A DNA stretch of 64,000 nt from Eledone cirrhosa. Its lineage: Eukaryota. The stretch's first letter is position 1. Each line of letters opens with the position of its first letter. Below the pieces are notes generated by a model. It searched no databases. It was not told the DNA's origin and worked only from the letters and a program-made list of their open reading frames with translations. The position numbers were made by a program, and so were the translations under genes. This document shows, piece by piece, positions 40,728-55,729 of this stretch. The stretch lies in the NCBI GenBank assembly GCA_964016885.1, contig OZ024742.1:75578001-75642000 (forward strand), given 5' to 3'.

Positions 40728-41118
40728 AAAAGGAATTTGGAGAATTTGGAGAATTTGGAGAATTGTATGCATGTGTATGTATATGAGCGCGGATATAGAA
40801 ATAATTAGGCTGGATACCCGATCGCACGGTTAATCCAGTGGGAGTGTAGGACCCAAAGCCTTTGTCAGGGTATTCTTCTAGGAGAAGGCAACTCATGAAA
40901 CTGGGATAACTCCGACATAAAACCTACGGCTCAGTATTTACCGATGATATTGATCTTTTGTTCTTTTCGGGTTATAGCTACTGTCGCTCTGAGAGTGGGA
41001 TTGGCTCAGTGCACAGTCTTTCCTCATCTAAATAAAAATCTTCACGCACAGGCATTGCACAATAGAATTAATTGATAATTATTAATGCAATGGCCATAGT
41101 CGATAAAGAGGGCCATCA
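40480..41118 (+). mobile_element. Related RTE-derived element (second subfamily), interrupted by a (TA)n insert
   Basis: Shares CCCAGTACAACC..GACTAAAC..TGAGGAG and CTAGGAGAAGG with copies 1 and 2. Confidence 0.65.
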
Positions 41119-41126
41119 TATATTTG

Positions 41127-41158
<32 letters not shown>

Positions 41159-42098
41159 TTAGGTTCATATACAGGTTCTGCATGGTGATTCAAAATACAT
41201 GTTGCAGCGACAAAATTGTTGACCTACTCATTAGGCGTTTGGACTAGGTTACTAATGTGATCGCTCCTGCATCCATTCTGTGCACAACCTGGGGAGATGT
41301 CCATAATTGGACCTTAAAACCTAAGAATTGGATCAAACAATCTTAAGTCGTAAATTTCGTAGGAAATATGAAAGGATGTTAAGTAATATATTCCTCGGTA
41401 GCATTTGAAGTCAAGGTAAAACGCTGTAATATGTACCGCTATATACTTCGTCCAAGCTCTAATGCTTCGACTTATTTGCAACCTATATATATATACGACA
41501 TTAATAAATGGAAACTATATTTATAAAACCATATTTATTTCATTATACATATTTCAGGGATACCAAATTAAATTATGGTATGCCTCCATCAGACAAAATA
41601 CAATATATAACAGTTTTACAAATAAGCTTTGACGTACCCTATTAAAATGCTACCATTATTTTTGGAAGCCATCCGGATAGTGAGTTGTTTATATTATTTT
41701 AATAAGTCATAGTGTTAAGGACAATTAGAAAAAGACGGAGAGAAAGAAAAAGACGGAGAGAGAGAAAGAAAAAAACGTGGAGAAGTATCTGAGAGAGAGA
41801 GATGCATGGAGAAAAAAGAAACAAAGAGATAAATAAAGATAGGAGGAAAGAAAGAAAAAAGGAAGAAATAAGAAATAAGTATATCTACTCCAAATACTTG
41901 TCGAGTGCTTTATATCAGTTATAAAAATATTTACTTGTTGTATCCCAACAATTTTAAATAGAACTTTTGCATATATATATATATATATATATATATTTAT
42001 TAAAATAACAGATTAAAGTTTAAGCAAAGAATCGCTGCTTTCACCCTTAACGGGATCTTCTGAAACAAACAAAGTCAATCTGTAAACGCAGAAGTGGA

Positions 42099-42822
42099 TA
42101 TTTCAAAAGACGTTGCAACCGGAGGAAGACAGGAAGACGATACTTTGGTTCGTGGAAACGTTCGCTGGCAAAGAACGGGAAAAAACGAATATAATACGTC
42201 ATTAATAGGAGCGGTGAAAAACAATTACGCGCAAAGACAGAACCACGTTTATGGTATAAAAGAGGTCGTAGACTAATGTTCTCTTAGGTGGTGCATAGAG
42301 ACGTTCTCTGGCAATGAACGAAAAAACGAAGATAATACGTCATGTGTGGAGCGTGGAGAACAATAGCAGGCAAAGACACAACAACGTAAATGTGTATGTA
42401 CGTATTTGTTTGCGTGTATGTATTTATTTATTTCTATTTCTTCTGTATTGTATTTATTTACTTTGTTCTTAACTCTGTAGCGGAGATTCATTCGGTCTCC
42501 TAGTTAGAATTTTAGTCTACGACTTCTGCTATACCATTTACGTGGTTTTGTCTTTGCCTGCTCCACGCTCCACATATGACGTATTATCTTCGTTTTTTTC
42601 GTTCATTGCCAGAGAACGTCTCTATGAACCACCTAAGAGAACATTAGTCTACGACCTCTTTTATACCATAAACGTGGTTCTGTCTTTGCGCGTAATTGTT
42701 TTTCACCGCTCCTATTAATGACGTATTATATTCGTTTTTTCCCGTTCTTTGCCAGCGAACGTTTCCACGAACCAAAGTATCGTCTTCCTGTCTTCCTCTG
42801 GTTGCAACGTTTTTTGAAATAT
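42099..42822. repeat. Long inverted repeat (~290-bp arms, ~140-bp spacer)
   Basis: 42099-42392 is the near-exact reverse complement of 42535-42822; the ORF track shows the same peptide on both strands. Confidence 0.92.
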
Positions 42823-43640
42823 GAGCCAATATGAGAAAGAAATGTCCATCACATTTTAACATATTGAAACCACAAGGTTGTATGTTTCCATCTTAATGAA
42901 TTCCGTCAATGCATATTAATTACCAGACAATGAAATAATATTTATAACATTGCGATACTAGCTATCCAGGGTGACTCACAATTCGATTACACGTGTTAAT
43001 CCATATCTTTCTGATATGATTGATTATAACGTTCTATAAATTCAAACTTTACTAGCAAATTTAGCTAATATATTTTCTAAGAGGCTCTCACCACGTTTAT
43101 TCAGAAGACTGATATTCAACTCAGGAATATTATTGGTATTTATGTCATCAATGCAGAGAATTAGAAAAGAAAGGGAAACTTGTGCGGATATGAAAATAGA
43201 ACACTAAGTGATATAATGCAACAGAATACATAGGAAATATTACACCTCAGAGATTACACCGTGTGGCAAAAAACACCTTTTCTTTGTTCCTGGCTTGTAA
43301 TCACTTTTGTTGTGTTGCTTAGGTCCCAAATAAATTAAAAAAAGTGATATTAAACAGTTAAATGTTTGGGTTTGTAACATTTCTAAGCTATTTACTAGAA
43401 TTATTTGTATGCTGGATTTTATGTCGTACGTAAGCTTAATTTGCTTATGTTAAATGACATTTTTTTATATATGTTTCAGGTTAAATTAAAATTATAAAAT
43501 AATGAGTAATACCTAAAGAAAATTAGAAAAGTGCAATAAAGTATAACATTGTTAAAAAATTGGATTAAAGAGATTTATTGATACTGGACTTTCGCACCCT
43601 GAATAAAGGGTAAGTTGTGTTTTAAGCATTCATCTCCAGG

Positions 43641-44720
43641 ATGAAGCAGTGGAACTTGGTCAAGGAGGAAGTGCAGGTGACAAGTCAGAGAAGTCAAAAC
43701 GAACCTTTCTCAGGCTTTTACACTCTGAGGGATGGCCTCTGCTTCTGCCATGACGTGCCTGGACTGTTTGACGTTATTGGGGTGCCGTTTGTGCCCAAGG
43801 AGTGGCGGCTATTTATAGACAGCTCCACCACAAGTTTGAAGGCTGTCCTCCTCCACAATGGAAACAAGTTCCCGACACTGCCCCTAGCTCATTCAGTCTG
43901 CCTGAAGGAAGATTACTACAGTGTGAAAGTCCTCTTGGAAGCTCTGCAATACAACCAATACAATTGGGAAATCATTGGAGACTTCAAGATGATGGCTTTC
44001 CTGCTTGGACTCCAAGGAGGTTTTATCAAATTCCAATCCTTCCTCTGCCTTTGGGAGAGCATAGCCCCCTCTGACCACTACAAAAAAAAGAACTGGGAGC
44101 TGCGAACAGAATGTGTACTTGGGACCCGGAACGTCATGTGGGAGCCACTGGTTGATCTCAGGATTGTGCTCATGCCACCACTGCACATTAAGTTAGGGTT
44201 GATGAAGCAGTTTGTGAAGGCTCTCAACCAAGAATCAGCCGCTTTTAAGTACCTTCTTGAGTTCTTTCCCAAGTTAATTGAGGCAAAAATCAGAGGTGGA
44301 ATTTTTGTTGGACCTCAGATAAAGAACGTGTTTGAGTCTACCGAGTTCTCCAATAAGCTCAATCGGATTGAGAAAACAGCATGTAACTGTTTCAAGGCAA
44401 TTGTTAAGGGCTTCCTGGGCAACTACAGAGCTGAAAACTACCAGCAACTGGTGCAGGATCTGATAAAAGCTTTTGGCGCCATGAGATGCAGGATGTCGCT
44501 TAAACTCCATATGCTGGACGCTCACCTGGAAAGATTCAAGGACAATATGGGCGCCTACTCAGAAGAACAAGGCGAACGTTTCCACTAAGATGTGAAAGAG
44601 ATAGAGCGGAGGTACCAGGGCCACTACAATGAAAAAATGATGGGGGACTATATCTGGGGGCTAGTGCGGGAATGTGACCTGGACTACAACCGCAAATCCT
44701 GGAAATCCAGTCATTTCTGA
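43641..44720 (+). pseudogene. N-terminally deleted Chapaev3-like transposase (315-aa open stretch, premature stop at 44586-44588)
   Basis: WRLFIDSS, IIGDFKM, PPLHIKLGLMKQFVKAL, GIFVGPQIK and SEEQGERFH. Confidence 0.8.
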
Positions 44721-44939
44721 CGTGTATAAGTTGCTTTATATGTGTTATTTGTTTTTACTTGTTTGCTTTTGATAAGCTTGTGTAATAAAATAAATATATA
44801 CTCTGTTGATTTAATTATATGAACTGATAAATTTAAAAGAAATGTGTTTTTTCTTGAAATATATGAAAATTGCTAAATATCAAACTCCTGACCACAAACC
44901 CAAACCCCTCATTAAATAATAGTGTTCTATTATAATAAT

Positions 44940-45127
44940 TGTTTCTACTATTGGCACAAGGCCAGAAATTACCCAGTATATTACTGGTACTTTATTTTAT
45001 CGACCCCGTACGGATGAAAGGCAAAGTTAACCTCGGCGGGATTTGATCTCAGAATGGCAAAGGCCGTAACTCTAAGCTAGAAAGCATGGCGTCCGACTCT
45101 CTACCGATACTGCCAATCCACAGCCCT
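44940..45127 (-). mobile_element. SINE A nested in the Chapaev3-like element, 18-bp TSD GTGTTCTATTATAATAAT
   Basis: TSD at 44922-44939 and 45128-45145; the empty site is visible in copy 1 near 8095-8115. Confidence 0.95.
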
Positions 45128-46779
45128 GTGTTCTATTATAATAATGGGATATAACAAACCAGGAAACGTCACTTGGAACGGGGAACAATATATATGTTAC
45201 ACGGTGTTATATGAATTAGATTTAATTGATGCCATAATTAGATATGAAATATTGTTTGCAATAGTAAATTAGCTAACGATATTTAATTAGTTTCTTGGAA
45301 AGGCATAAACGTTGTAGGTTCTTTATCTTAACCTCCATCAACTAAAAAAATATATTTGGCTGGCACAATCTAACTAACAAACTATTCTTCCTTTCATTCA
45401 TTTAAAGAAAATCTGATTTCAAATAGTATCAAATGGGTGCATATGAGTGTGAGTGATCTATGTTTTACATTCTTTAATGTGTATCACAGTTCTCTTTGAC
45501 GCAGGCAAGATATCAAACGCAGGCTTAATGTCAAATTCATGGTATGAATGATAATGTTTTATATCTTCAAAAAAGATTCCGTTTGTGCCTTTCCTTCACT
45601 GACAATGTCATACAAACAAAATATAAAAAGGGAAAACTAAATTGTAGAAACTGATAGGTACACGTGAGAGATTATAATATAGAGTATCAGTCTATTATAT
45701 TAGCGCTAGTGACATGATCATCGTCATAAGATTAAGAAAAATACTAAAAATCAAGTTTGAATGTATGATCCTGACGCAGACAGTAAATAAATTCTAGAAA
45801 TGAGAGAATATCTGAATATAGATGTTGTAATTATTATCAGTAATATGAATAATAAAATAAAAATATTTAGTTTCTGTGAAAATTGGTATTATAGATAAGG
45901 CAAAATAAGAATTGAAATATATATTTACTACATGAACAAAACCAAAGAAACAAAGGTACACAAGTTAAACAATAAATATATGAACGTAACTTTGCTGATT
46001 CCATAAAAGTTGACAATGATAACTGAAGTGTATTTTTTATGTGTTTCATATAATCAAACAACATTATTGAGAATCTGAGTAAACTAAGATACGCTGAAAT
46101 AAACAGTTTGCGAAGGACAAATTAGAATGTAAATAGCGAAATATAACGCTGTTGATTACATGTTGCAATGAACCAATAACTTACTCTGATATGTAAACAA
46201 TAATGTGTATATATTTATGAAATGAAATTTTGATTGGTTCGTTGGAACCTTACTTGAGAAGAAATATCCAACAACGCTTTCACTCATAATTGTATGCACT
46301 TATACATACAGGCATGCATACATATACATACACTCAAATATATACCCCCGCCACACACACATACACCCCCCCCACACAAACACACACACATATATATATA
46401 GTATAAACAAACTTTCATTTACTTAACATGTATGTGCTACCATTGGTGTAGGGTTGCAGTGACAACCACCACTGTATATTGGAGGAGGCACTTTTAAACT
46501 GGCCCTTCATTCGGGCACGTGGACAATAATATGAAACAGGGAGAAGTTATCCATCGACTAAACCATGCCCTCTTCAACAACAGTGTAATATACCCACATT
46601 AGTCTATGAGGCTGAAGTTACATCTACTCGAATAAACCAACATCAGCTGGTCAAATCATATGCAGGCATGAATAAACAATCGTCCACGAAGCTAGTAAGC
46701 CACATAAGTACAATCAAAGATGCTGATGTATATTACTCTATCCAACGGAAAGTTCTGACTAAATCCTGGTCATACGGAA

Positions 46780-47420
46780 ATGCTCACGGTCTGCATTTGG
46801 GTCTCCCGCCGGTTGATTTTGCCCGTAAAATCTGTCCAGCAATTCTTTCCTGAGACATTCTACCCACATACCCATAATATCGGAGCTGTGATCTCTCAAT
46901 TCGGCGAAGTAGTGGCTCTACTTGGAGCGAAACTCTGATTTCCTAGCTACCTACTCTATTGATTAACGTTACACCAAGTTTTCTTCGGGACAACCCCATT
47001 TCGGCGGCTTGTATTCTTTCGCGTTAGTATTCTTTCGGTCATTACACAAGATTCACGATCTTAGGTAAAGGTTGGCACCAATATCGAATTGAAGATAACG
47101 AGTTTGGCTTTTACACCTAACTCATATCTGATTACTGAATACTGAAGCATGCAAATTATGCAGCAGCTCCAAAAATTCTTGCATTTAATTCAGCCTTAAA
47201 CTTTCATCACCAAGATATTTGAACTAAATCACATGTATAATGAACTGCGCAGGCTTCCTTGAGAGGACGAGTGTCTTAGTTTTGGCAGCACTGATTTACA
47301 TACCAACCATGCAATACTCAGCTTCACACCTATCAAGTATAAGTTGGAAATAATTTACTATCTAGTTAAGTAATACCATGTCGTCTGTAAATTCCAGCAT
47401 TTATTTTGAAATCAATTCAT
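46780..47420 (-). mobile_element. Degenerate RTE-clade LINE 3' fragment
   Basis: Manual minus-strand translation VEPLLRRIERSQLRYYGYVGRMSQERIAGQILRAKSTGGRPKCRP matches the RTE C-terminal pattern. Confidence 0.7.
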
Positions 47421-49026
47421 ACAATAGAGAGAAAATGAAGTTTTAAAACAGTACTCTTTAGAAATATTCACAAGTGATCTTTCGTGCAAGGAGACTTAAA
47501 TTTTTATCTGTTTTGGAACAAAATATATTTGAGAACTATTCCTAAATTCAGACTTCAATAATTTGTCTATTTCACTTCCATATATATGGCGAGGACTCCA
47601 TATATATGGCGAGTACTCCATATATATATGTCGATTTCACATATTAACAGTAATCTATGGTTTACCTTTGTTATATTTCGATAATTTTGCGGGTGGGGTC
47701 CTCATCTTTTCTTATACTTGAGATATAAACACTCAAAACATCATATAATGTCCTGTACCGTTAATTCGGGAAGGTACAGCTCAATTTTATGTTATGCAAC
47801 TCCTATGTTCAACAACTCCTCTGCCATACAGTCGTAGCGGTAATGTGAGATTTCTCTAAATTTGTTATCAGTTTTCCATATCTTTCATTTCCAGATCGGC
47901 TGTGTTTTCTGAATTCATCTAACCGTTGCTTCAAGGTCACTGAATATTAACTTGTTTTGGGACATTGTTTTGGTACATTCCTCAACTAAGGAAGGACTTG
48001 ACCTTTACGACTAGTTCGTCAAGCGTCTTGGTAAGAATGAAGTATATTTGGCTTGTATCTCCCCCTGGTTTGTAGGTAGTCAAGTTATTTTCTGGTTTCC
48101 TGAATGCTCTTGCTCCAAATTGTTTGTATGCATCACAGTACTACAAAAGACTAGATTCGTGTTCATTTCTTGCACCATACTCAGAGGTTCTGCGCACAAC
48201 AGGAAAGCCGTCAACATGTTTCCCAACATGGCAACTGACGTCACCAGCCGTGATAGTGTGGTCACCCATGCCCATTAATATCTTCTCTCCGAGAGAAAGC
48301 ATAAAGCGAACAGAGCAGCATGCAGGACTTTATATACATAACGATAATTTATTTTATGAGACAATACTTACTATAAAGACGGGAGATGTAATTTGAGTGG
48401 GGATCTGTCAACAGAGAGAAATGAAAATGGATTAGAAGTATATTTAGCAAGAGTGTGAATTACACTATTCTGATAAAGAGGGAGACGAAACGAGACAAGA
48501 CATACTGATAATATACGATCATTTAAGAAGAACCTGAAAAAGGACGAAACAAAACGGAGAAGGCGTAACAGTAAATTAGGGGAGAAGATTAAAGCGATTT
48601 TATAGGTAAAAAAGGGATTTACTGGAGTATATATTCGTTTTATTCATTTATTCGTTTCCGTCACTGAACGAAGGCTATTCTTGCGCGCCGTTATCATAGC
48701 TTTAGTAATGAACTTGCGTTTATGATATGAATTTTGTCATTTTCTACGTCAAACGAATGAGTTATGAAGCATAAAAGTACATAAAATAAACAACCCCAAA
48801 ATAGACTCTCTTTTGCGCTTACTCTATCTAATACTTATTTAATATTGCAGGTGTTTGAACATTAATGGGCACGTGGATGAACATTCCATAGACATATTAA
48901 GCCTTCATTACATGGAAGGGCATTCAGAGTATAGATTTTATTATTTTCTAAGTTACTTTCCTTCGAATAAAACGGGAAGTATGAATATTACAAAAATCCA
49001 AATGTCAACAGAGCGCTTGGCATTTG

Positions 49027-49074
<48 letters not shown>

Positions 49075-49418
49075 ACACACACACACACACACATACACAC
49101 ACACACACATGCCACACATACACACATACAAACACAAAAATACACACACAAACACGCTTAGTGGTAGATTCTTTGAGACTTCGTGTCACTGGAACCGAGA
49201 TAAACTCGCTAGTAAATATAAAAAGTCACCAAAAACGTTCTTTCGCCATCACTTCAAGATCTTCACCTAGCTTCACTTCCCCTACACGTTAGTCAAATTT
49301 TGCTCGCACCCCTGATATGGACAGTGCTTAGAAAAAGCTGTAAGAAAAAATAACTCAACACACACATACACACACATATATACATATAAATCATATATCA
49401 AATATATACACATATATC

Positions 49419-49471
<53 letters not shown>

Positions 49472-49755
49472 AGTATGTATGCGTACATACATATATGTAT
49501 ACAGACGTACACTTATATGTATATTAGTATGTATATACATACATGCACACATATATATATGTACGTATGGGTTTACCGAACATTTATTATAATGCTCGAT
49601 TTGTTTGTAAACATGACCGCCGTTTTCAGTTTGTCTGAGCTCTATAACGTATGTTAATTGCTCTGGTCTTGTTTTAGTCCATTGAGCGCTTGGCGCATAT
49701 CTCGAAAATTGCGTTTCGGCTTGTTTCAGACCACAGCCGAAATACGATCTCGCTG

Positions 49756-49794
<39 letters not shown>

Positions 49795-50030
49795 GTTGAA
49801 AGAGTGAAAAATAACATGGTCGGCTGTACAAAAAGAGGTTTATTTACAGTGTTAATAATTGTTTCATTGATCAGAGGATTCTAAAGGCCGATAATCACTC
49901 GAAGTTGAATACAGTGTGTGTCTGATCAAACCATCGGAATACTGGAGGGTGTAACACATGACATTGTTATTTATAGATACATCGGAGAATCAAGTGAATG
50001 AAAACAGTAACATCAATAATAAAAGATAAT

Positions 50031-50217
50031 TGTTTCTACTTTAGACACAAGGCCAGCAATTACCCAGTGCATTACAGGTACTTTATTTTATCGACCCCGT
50101 AAGGATGAAAGGCAAAGTCAACCTCGGCGGGATTTGAACTCAGATCATAAAGGGACGTAAATAAGCTGGAAAGCATGGCTTCCGACTCTCTACCGATACT
50201 GCTAATCCACCGCCCTC
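50031..50217 (-). mobile_element. SINE A with ~18-bp TSD TCAATA(A/G)TAAAAGATAAT
   Basis: Direct repeat at 50013-50030 and 50218-50235. Confidence 0.92.
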
Positions 50218-50649
50218 TCAATAGTAAAAGATAATAAAAGATAATAATAAAGAAGTTAGAATGAAAATGATATGGATGTAAAAAATAAGCAAAAAATAAG
50301 TACAGAATACGATTGCTGATAATAGAAGTGGTGGTGGTGGTAGTTGAAATTGTAATTGTGAGTAAGTGGATGTGTCAAATAGTAATGACGGCAAATATAA
50401 CAATAACATGAGAAGAAACACGAAATAAATGAAATGTAGTATAAATGCAACAGGTACAATCAAATCTCAGAGGTTTGAAATGAAAAAATAAAAATAAAAA
50501 ATAAGGTGCGGTTATAGAGAGTGGAAGTAATGTTGGGAGATGTATGATGTTGATTTAATGATCGGCTGGTCAGTTGACAGTTAATAACAGTGGGGTAGTG
50601 TGAAGCTAGTACATTAAAACCAGGGTGGTTTTGCTTGAATTATGAGATT

Positions 50650-51327
50650 GCTGGATCGAATCATACCGGTTTGAAGTTAGAGACCTTGGTAGCTACTTTT
50701 TGCCTACATAACATTGATCGTTCTATTTTGTTGTTAAGTAGCATTTTATCATACTTTAAAATACGGAGCAGTTCCACATTGCAAAGTCCACAGTAGGACA
50801 TTCCATTTTTGTAGGCCCTTGCACTCGATAACTTCGACCAGCTAATCTCATATTCCTGGTTGATGTCCTTAAGCTGCCAGATCTTATTGGCCAGTGTCGT
50901 TGAGTTTTCTAGTCTACGATTTTTTTATAGAATGTCTATGTACATACCATCTTTTTTTTAATTCCCCAGCAGTAGAACCTATGTAATGCCATGCTAAGTT
51001 GCCTGATTTGATAGTACACAGGAACACTATACTTGATTCCAGGCATCTATTTTGTAGTGGGCATTTATCCGACAGGTGGCAGTTACACTTGGAGGCCTTC
51101 CTGTGTGCAGGTTCTCCGTTGCGGTTTTGTATGTTGTTAGGGATGGGCTGAGATTTAGATTTATTGATGTTTTGTTGCCATGTGCCCTGACGTGTGTGTG
51201 GTTGTGATGTTGTTATGTGTTTGTCTTTTGTATTTGGTACTATGGTGTATGTTGGTAGGTTATTTTCCTTAGAGATCCTTTTATAGTTGATTTTATGTAT
51301 GTGTGATTCTATGTTGGCTGCAGTAGA

Positions 51328-51330
<3 letters not shown>
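50650..51330 (-). mobile_element. Penelope-like element 3' fragment (GIY-YIG endonuclease)
   Basis: CNC...CPLQNRCLESSIVFLCTI..HYIGSTAGELKKRWYVHRHS, with YCGLCNVE downstream. Confidence 0.85.
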
Positions 51331-51372
<42 letters not shown>

Positions 51373-51376
<4 letters not shown>

Positions 51377-51948
51377 TGCCCCCTCATTATCGAGTATGGC
51401 GCGACTTAACATTATTAATGATTATCAATTAATGCTATCGTGCAATGCTTGTGCGTGAAGATTTTTTGTAAAGTGAAGAAAGACTGTGCACTAAGCCAAT
51501 CCCATTCTCTGACCGACAGTAGCTATAACCCGAAAAGAAGAAAAGATCAACATCATCGATTACTACTGAGCCGCAGGTTTCCCCAGTTATCCCAGTTTCC
51601 TGAGTTGCCTTCTCATTTAAAGAATGCCCTGACAAAGGCTTGGGGTCCTTCATTTCCAGTGGTTTAACCGCGCGATCTGGTGTCCAGCCCGAATATTTCT
51701 ATGTCTCCGCGCATATACATACATATGCATACATGTATATACATATTTGCACACTTTTGGGTGGCAGTTGACTCTTATGAGTTCTTCCGCCCTTTGACAG
51801 GTTTTCCTTTTTGTCCTGCGGGGTGTCCAAAACCACCAACCTCACAAAGTAATCTTAGTGGGGTTGCCGGTTTAGTCGCCGACGACCTATCCATGCGACC
51901 AGTTCTACTGGGTTACCTTTTACCAGTTCCACTCAAATGTGACACGAC

Positions 51949-51949
<1 letters not shown>
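51373..51949 (-). mobile_element. RTE-derived bipartite element (same subfamily as 40480-41118)
   Basis: Reverse complement aligns to 40480-41118 and ends in (AT)n. Confidence 0.7.
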
Positions 51950-51989
<40 letters not shown>

Positions 51990-52191
51990 ATAACAAAATA
52001 TCGTTTAAAGTAATCTAACTAGAGGTTAAGTGTACTCTGTATCGAGGATAGTTTTAACGTTCGGCGTTGTTTGACTCAACAAGAGGTTTCCTCAGTCGGG
52101 TGGCCGGTTTAAGAAACTTCCCAGGCAGGCGGTTCTTAGAGTAATAATAGGAAAAGAATGAAGAATAACATGATCGGCCACGTTATTCTTC

Positions 52192-54179
<1,988 letters not shown>

Positions 54180-55609
54180 CGAGTGAAAGTATAAAGAAAA
54201 AAATGAAATCGAAAATGCAACTGGAGTCTTATTTAAAAAAGAATATATATATTTATTTGGTTGCTTTACCGGTTTCGCAGTTCTTCTGCATTTCAAAAGT
54301 AGAGATGAGATGGAAGGTCAGTGGTTTTTCTCACATAAATATATATATAGGAAAAAGTATTACCCCGACGGCAGAGCTCAATACGTGTGTCTGTATGTGT
54401 GTGTGTGTGTGTTTAAGTGTTACATGGATCTATTTCTAAATACATTTTACAATGTATTCATTTTTGTCTGTAGCTGTGTTTTTGCTTGAGAAATAGTGAA
54501 ACAGCATTGAATTGATTCAGAAAAGCTTTAAATTCAATTTCATTGCAACTTCTACACTTTTGGAATAAACTTTCACAATTCCTTATATCTGTTGACTTCC
54601 GGATTAATTTGAGCAAACTATAGTATCCTAGTGGGAAGTTATATAAGATATAGTATAATCTATGGATGTTTGGTGTGAAATGAACTTCATTTCTATTATA
54701 ATGGAAGACAATTGCAAATTTAGTATCGTCCGTCTCAAGTGTAGAATGTAAATCACATACGGAACTGAGGATTATTGAAATATGTAAATTCAAACTTTAT
54801 GATATATGATGATTAAATTTAGAACGTAATTGCTGTCACTTGATGAATAGCATTTATATAATCTGAAGAATGTTACTGTCATTAAGTAATATTGAGATAT
54901 CAGCTAATTATTACAGACCATGGACTCACAGAATGCCGACTATAATCTAAGCGTTAAACTCGAAGTCAAATGCATCTTAGGTTGTACTCGTACGATGGTA
55001 AATACACTAAAGCGTTGATATAATATGACCACACCAACAATGTTATTCTAAAATATTGCTATAATCGATAGTTTCTTACTTATTATATCATCTCGAAACA
55101 TGCTACAAGCTATATCAAACCTGCGATTATAACCTAACCGGATTAATATGTTACATTTAATTTGAATTGCAACCGATTACTGGCGCAGGCATGGCTGTTG
55201 TGGTTACACAGTTGGCTAAGCGACTTCTACTATAACATCGGGAAATAGTTGAAAATGAGGGTAAAGTCCCATACGAATCTAACATTATACATAAAAAGTA
55301 AGAGAGGAAAGCACAAAAATATATTTAAAGATTAATTTTTCTTTAATTCGACAGAATAAATATATTTATATTTGTAAAAGTATATATATTTTAACAAATA
55401 TTACCATTTTCGGCAATATTAAAAACAGTTTGTTCTCATATTCTTTGGGCAGTTAAAACACATATAGTGGACGCCTGACGCTGTCCGCTTTTTCCCGCCT
55501 TTAGGGCCTTATATATCTAACTTGTTAGACTCTCAGTCACAGAGAATGTATTACCTTGAAACTGACGTACACTCAACATTCATAATCGGCCCAAAATTCT
55601 ACCAAAATA

Positions 55610-55636
55610 CGATATATACCCCCTCCCCCTCTCTAG

Positions 55637-55728
<92 letters not shown>
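55610..55728. repeat. (GA)n microsatellite
   Basis: Direct reading. Confidence 0.95.
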
Positions 55729-55729
55729 C

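Larger units (their letters stand above)
43257..45206 (+). mobile_element. Chapaev3-like DNA transposon, copy 2
   Basis: Termini CACCGTGT...ACACGGTG with TTA TSD (43254-43256 / 45207-45209); co-linear with 6210-8176. Confidence 0.82.

Noticed and set aside
47577-47633. Three ~20-bp repeats containing CCATATATATGG (CArG- or CRISPR-like)
   Set aside because: Eight A/T bases instead of six and no unique spacers; a simple local tandem duplication.
47895-48030. Plus-strand exon-like segment (TTTCCAG ... GTAAGA)
   Set aside because: Stops in all three frames; it could only be non-coding and has no further support.
52060-52100. Minus-strand CTGAGGA motif in a Penelope-like terminal fragment
   Set aside because: The GAAA core is missing or degenerate, so it is too weak to call.
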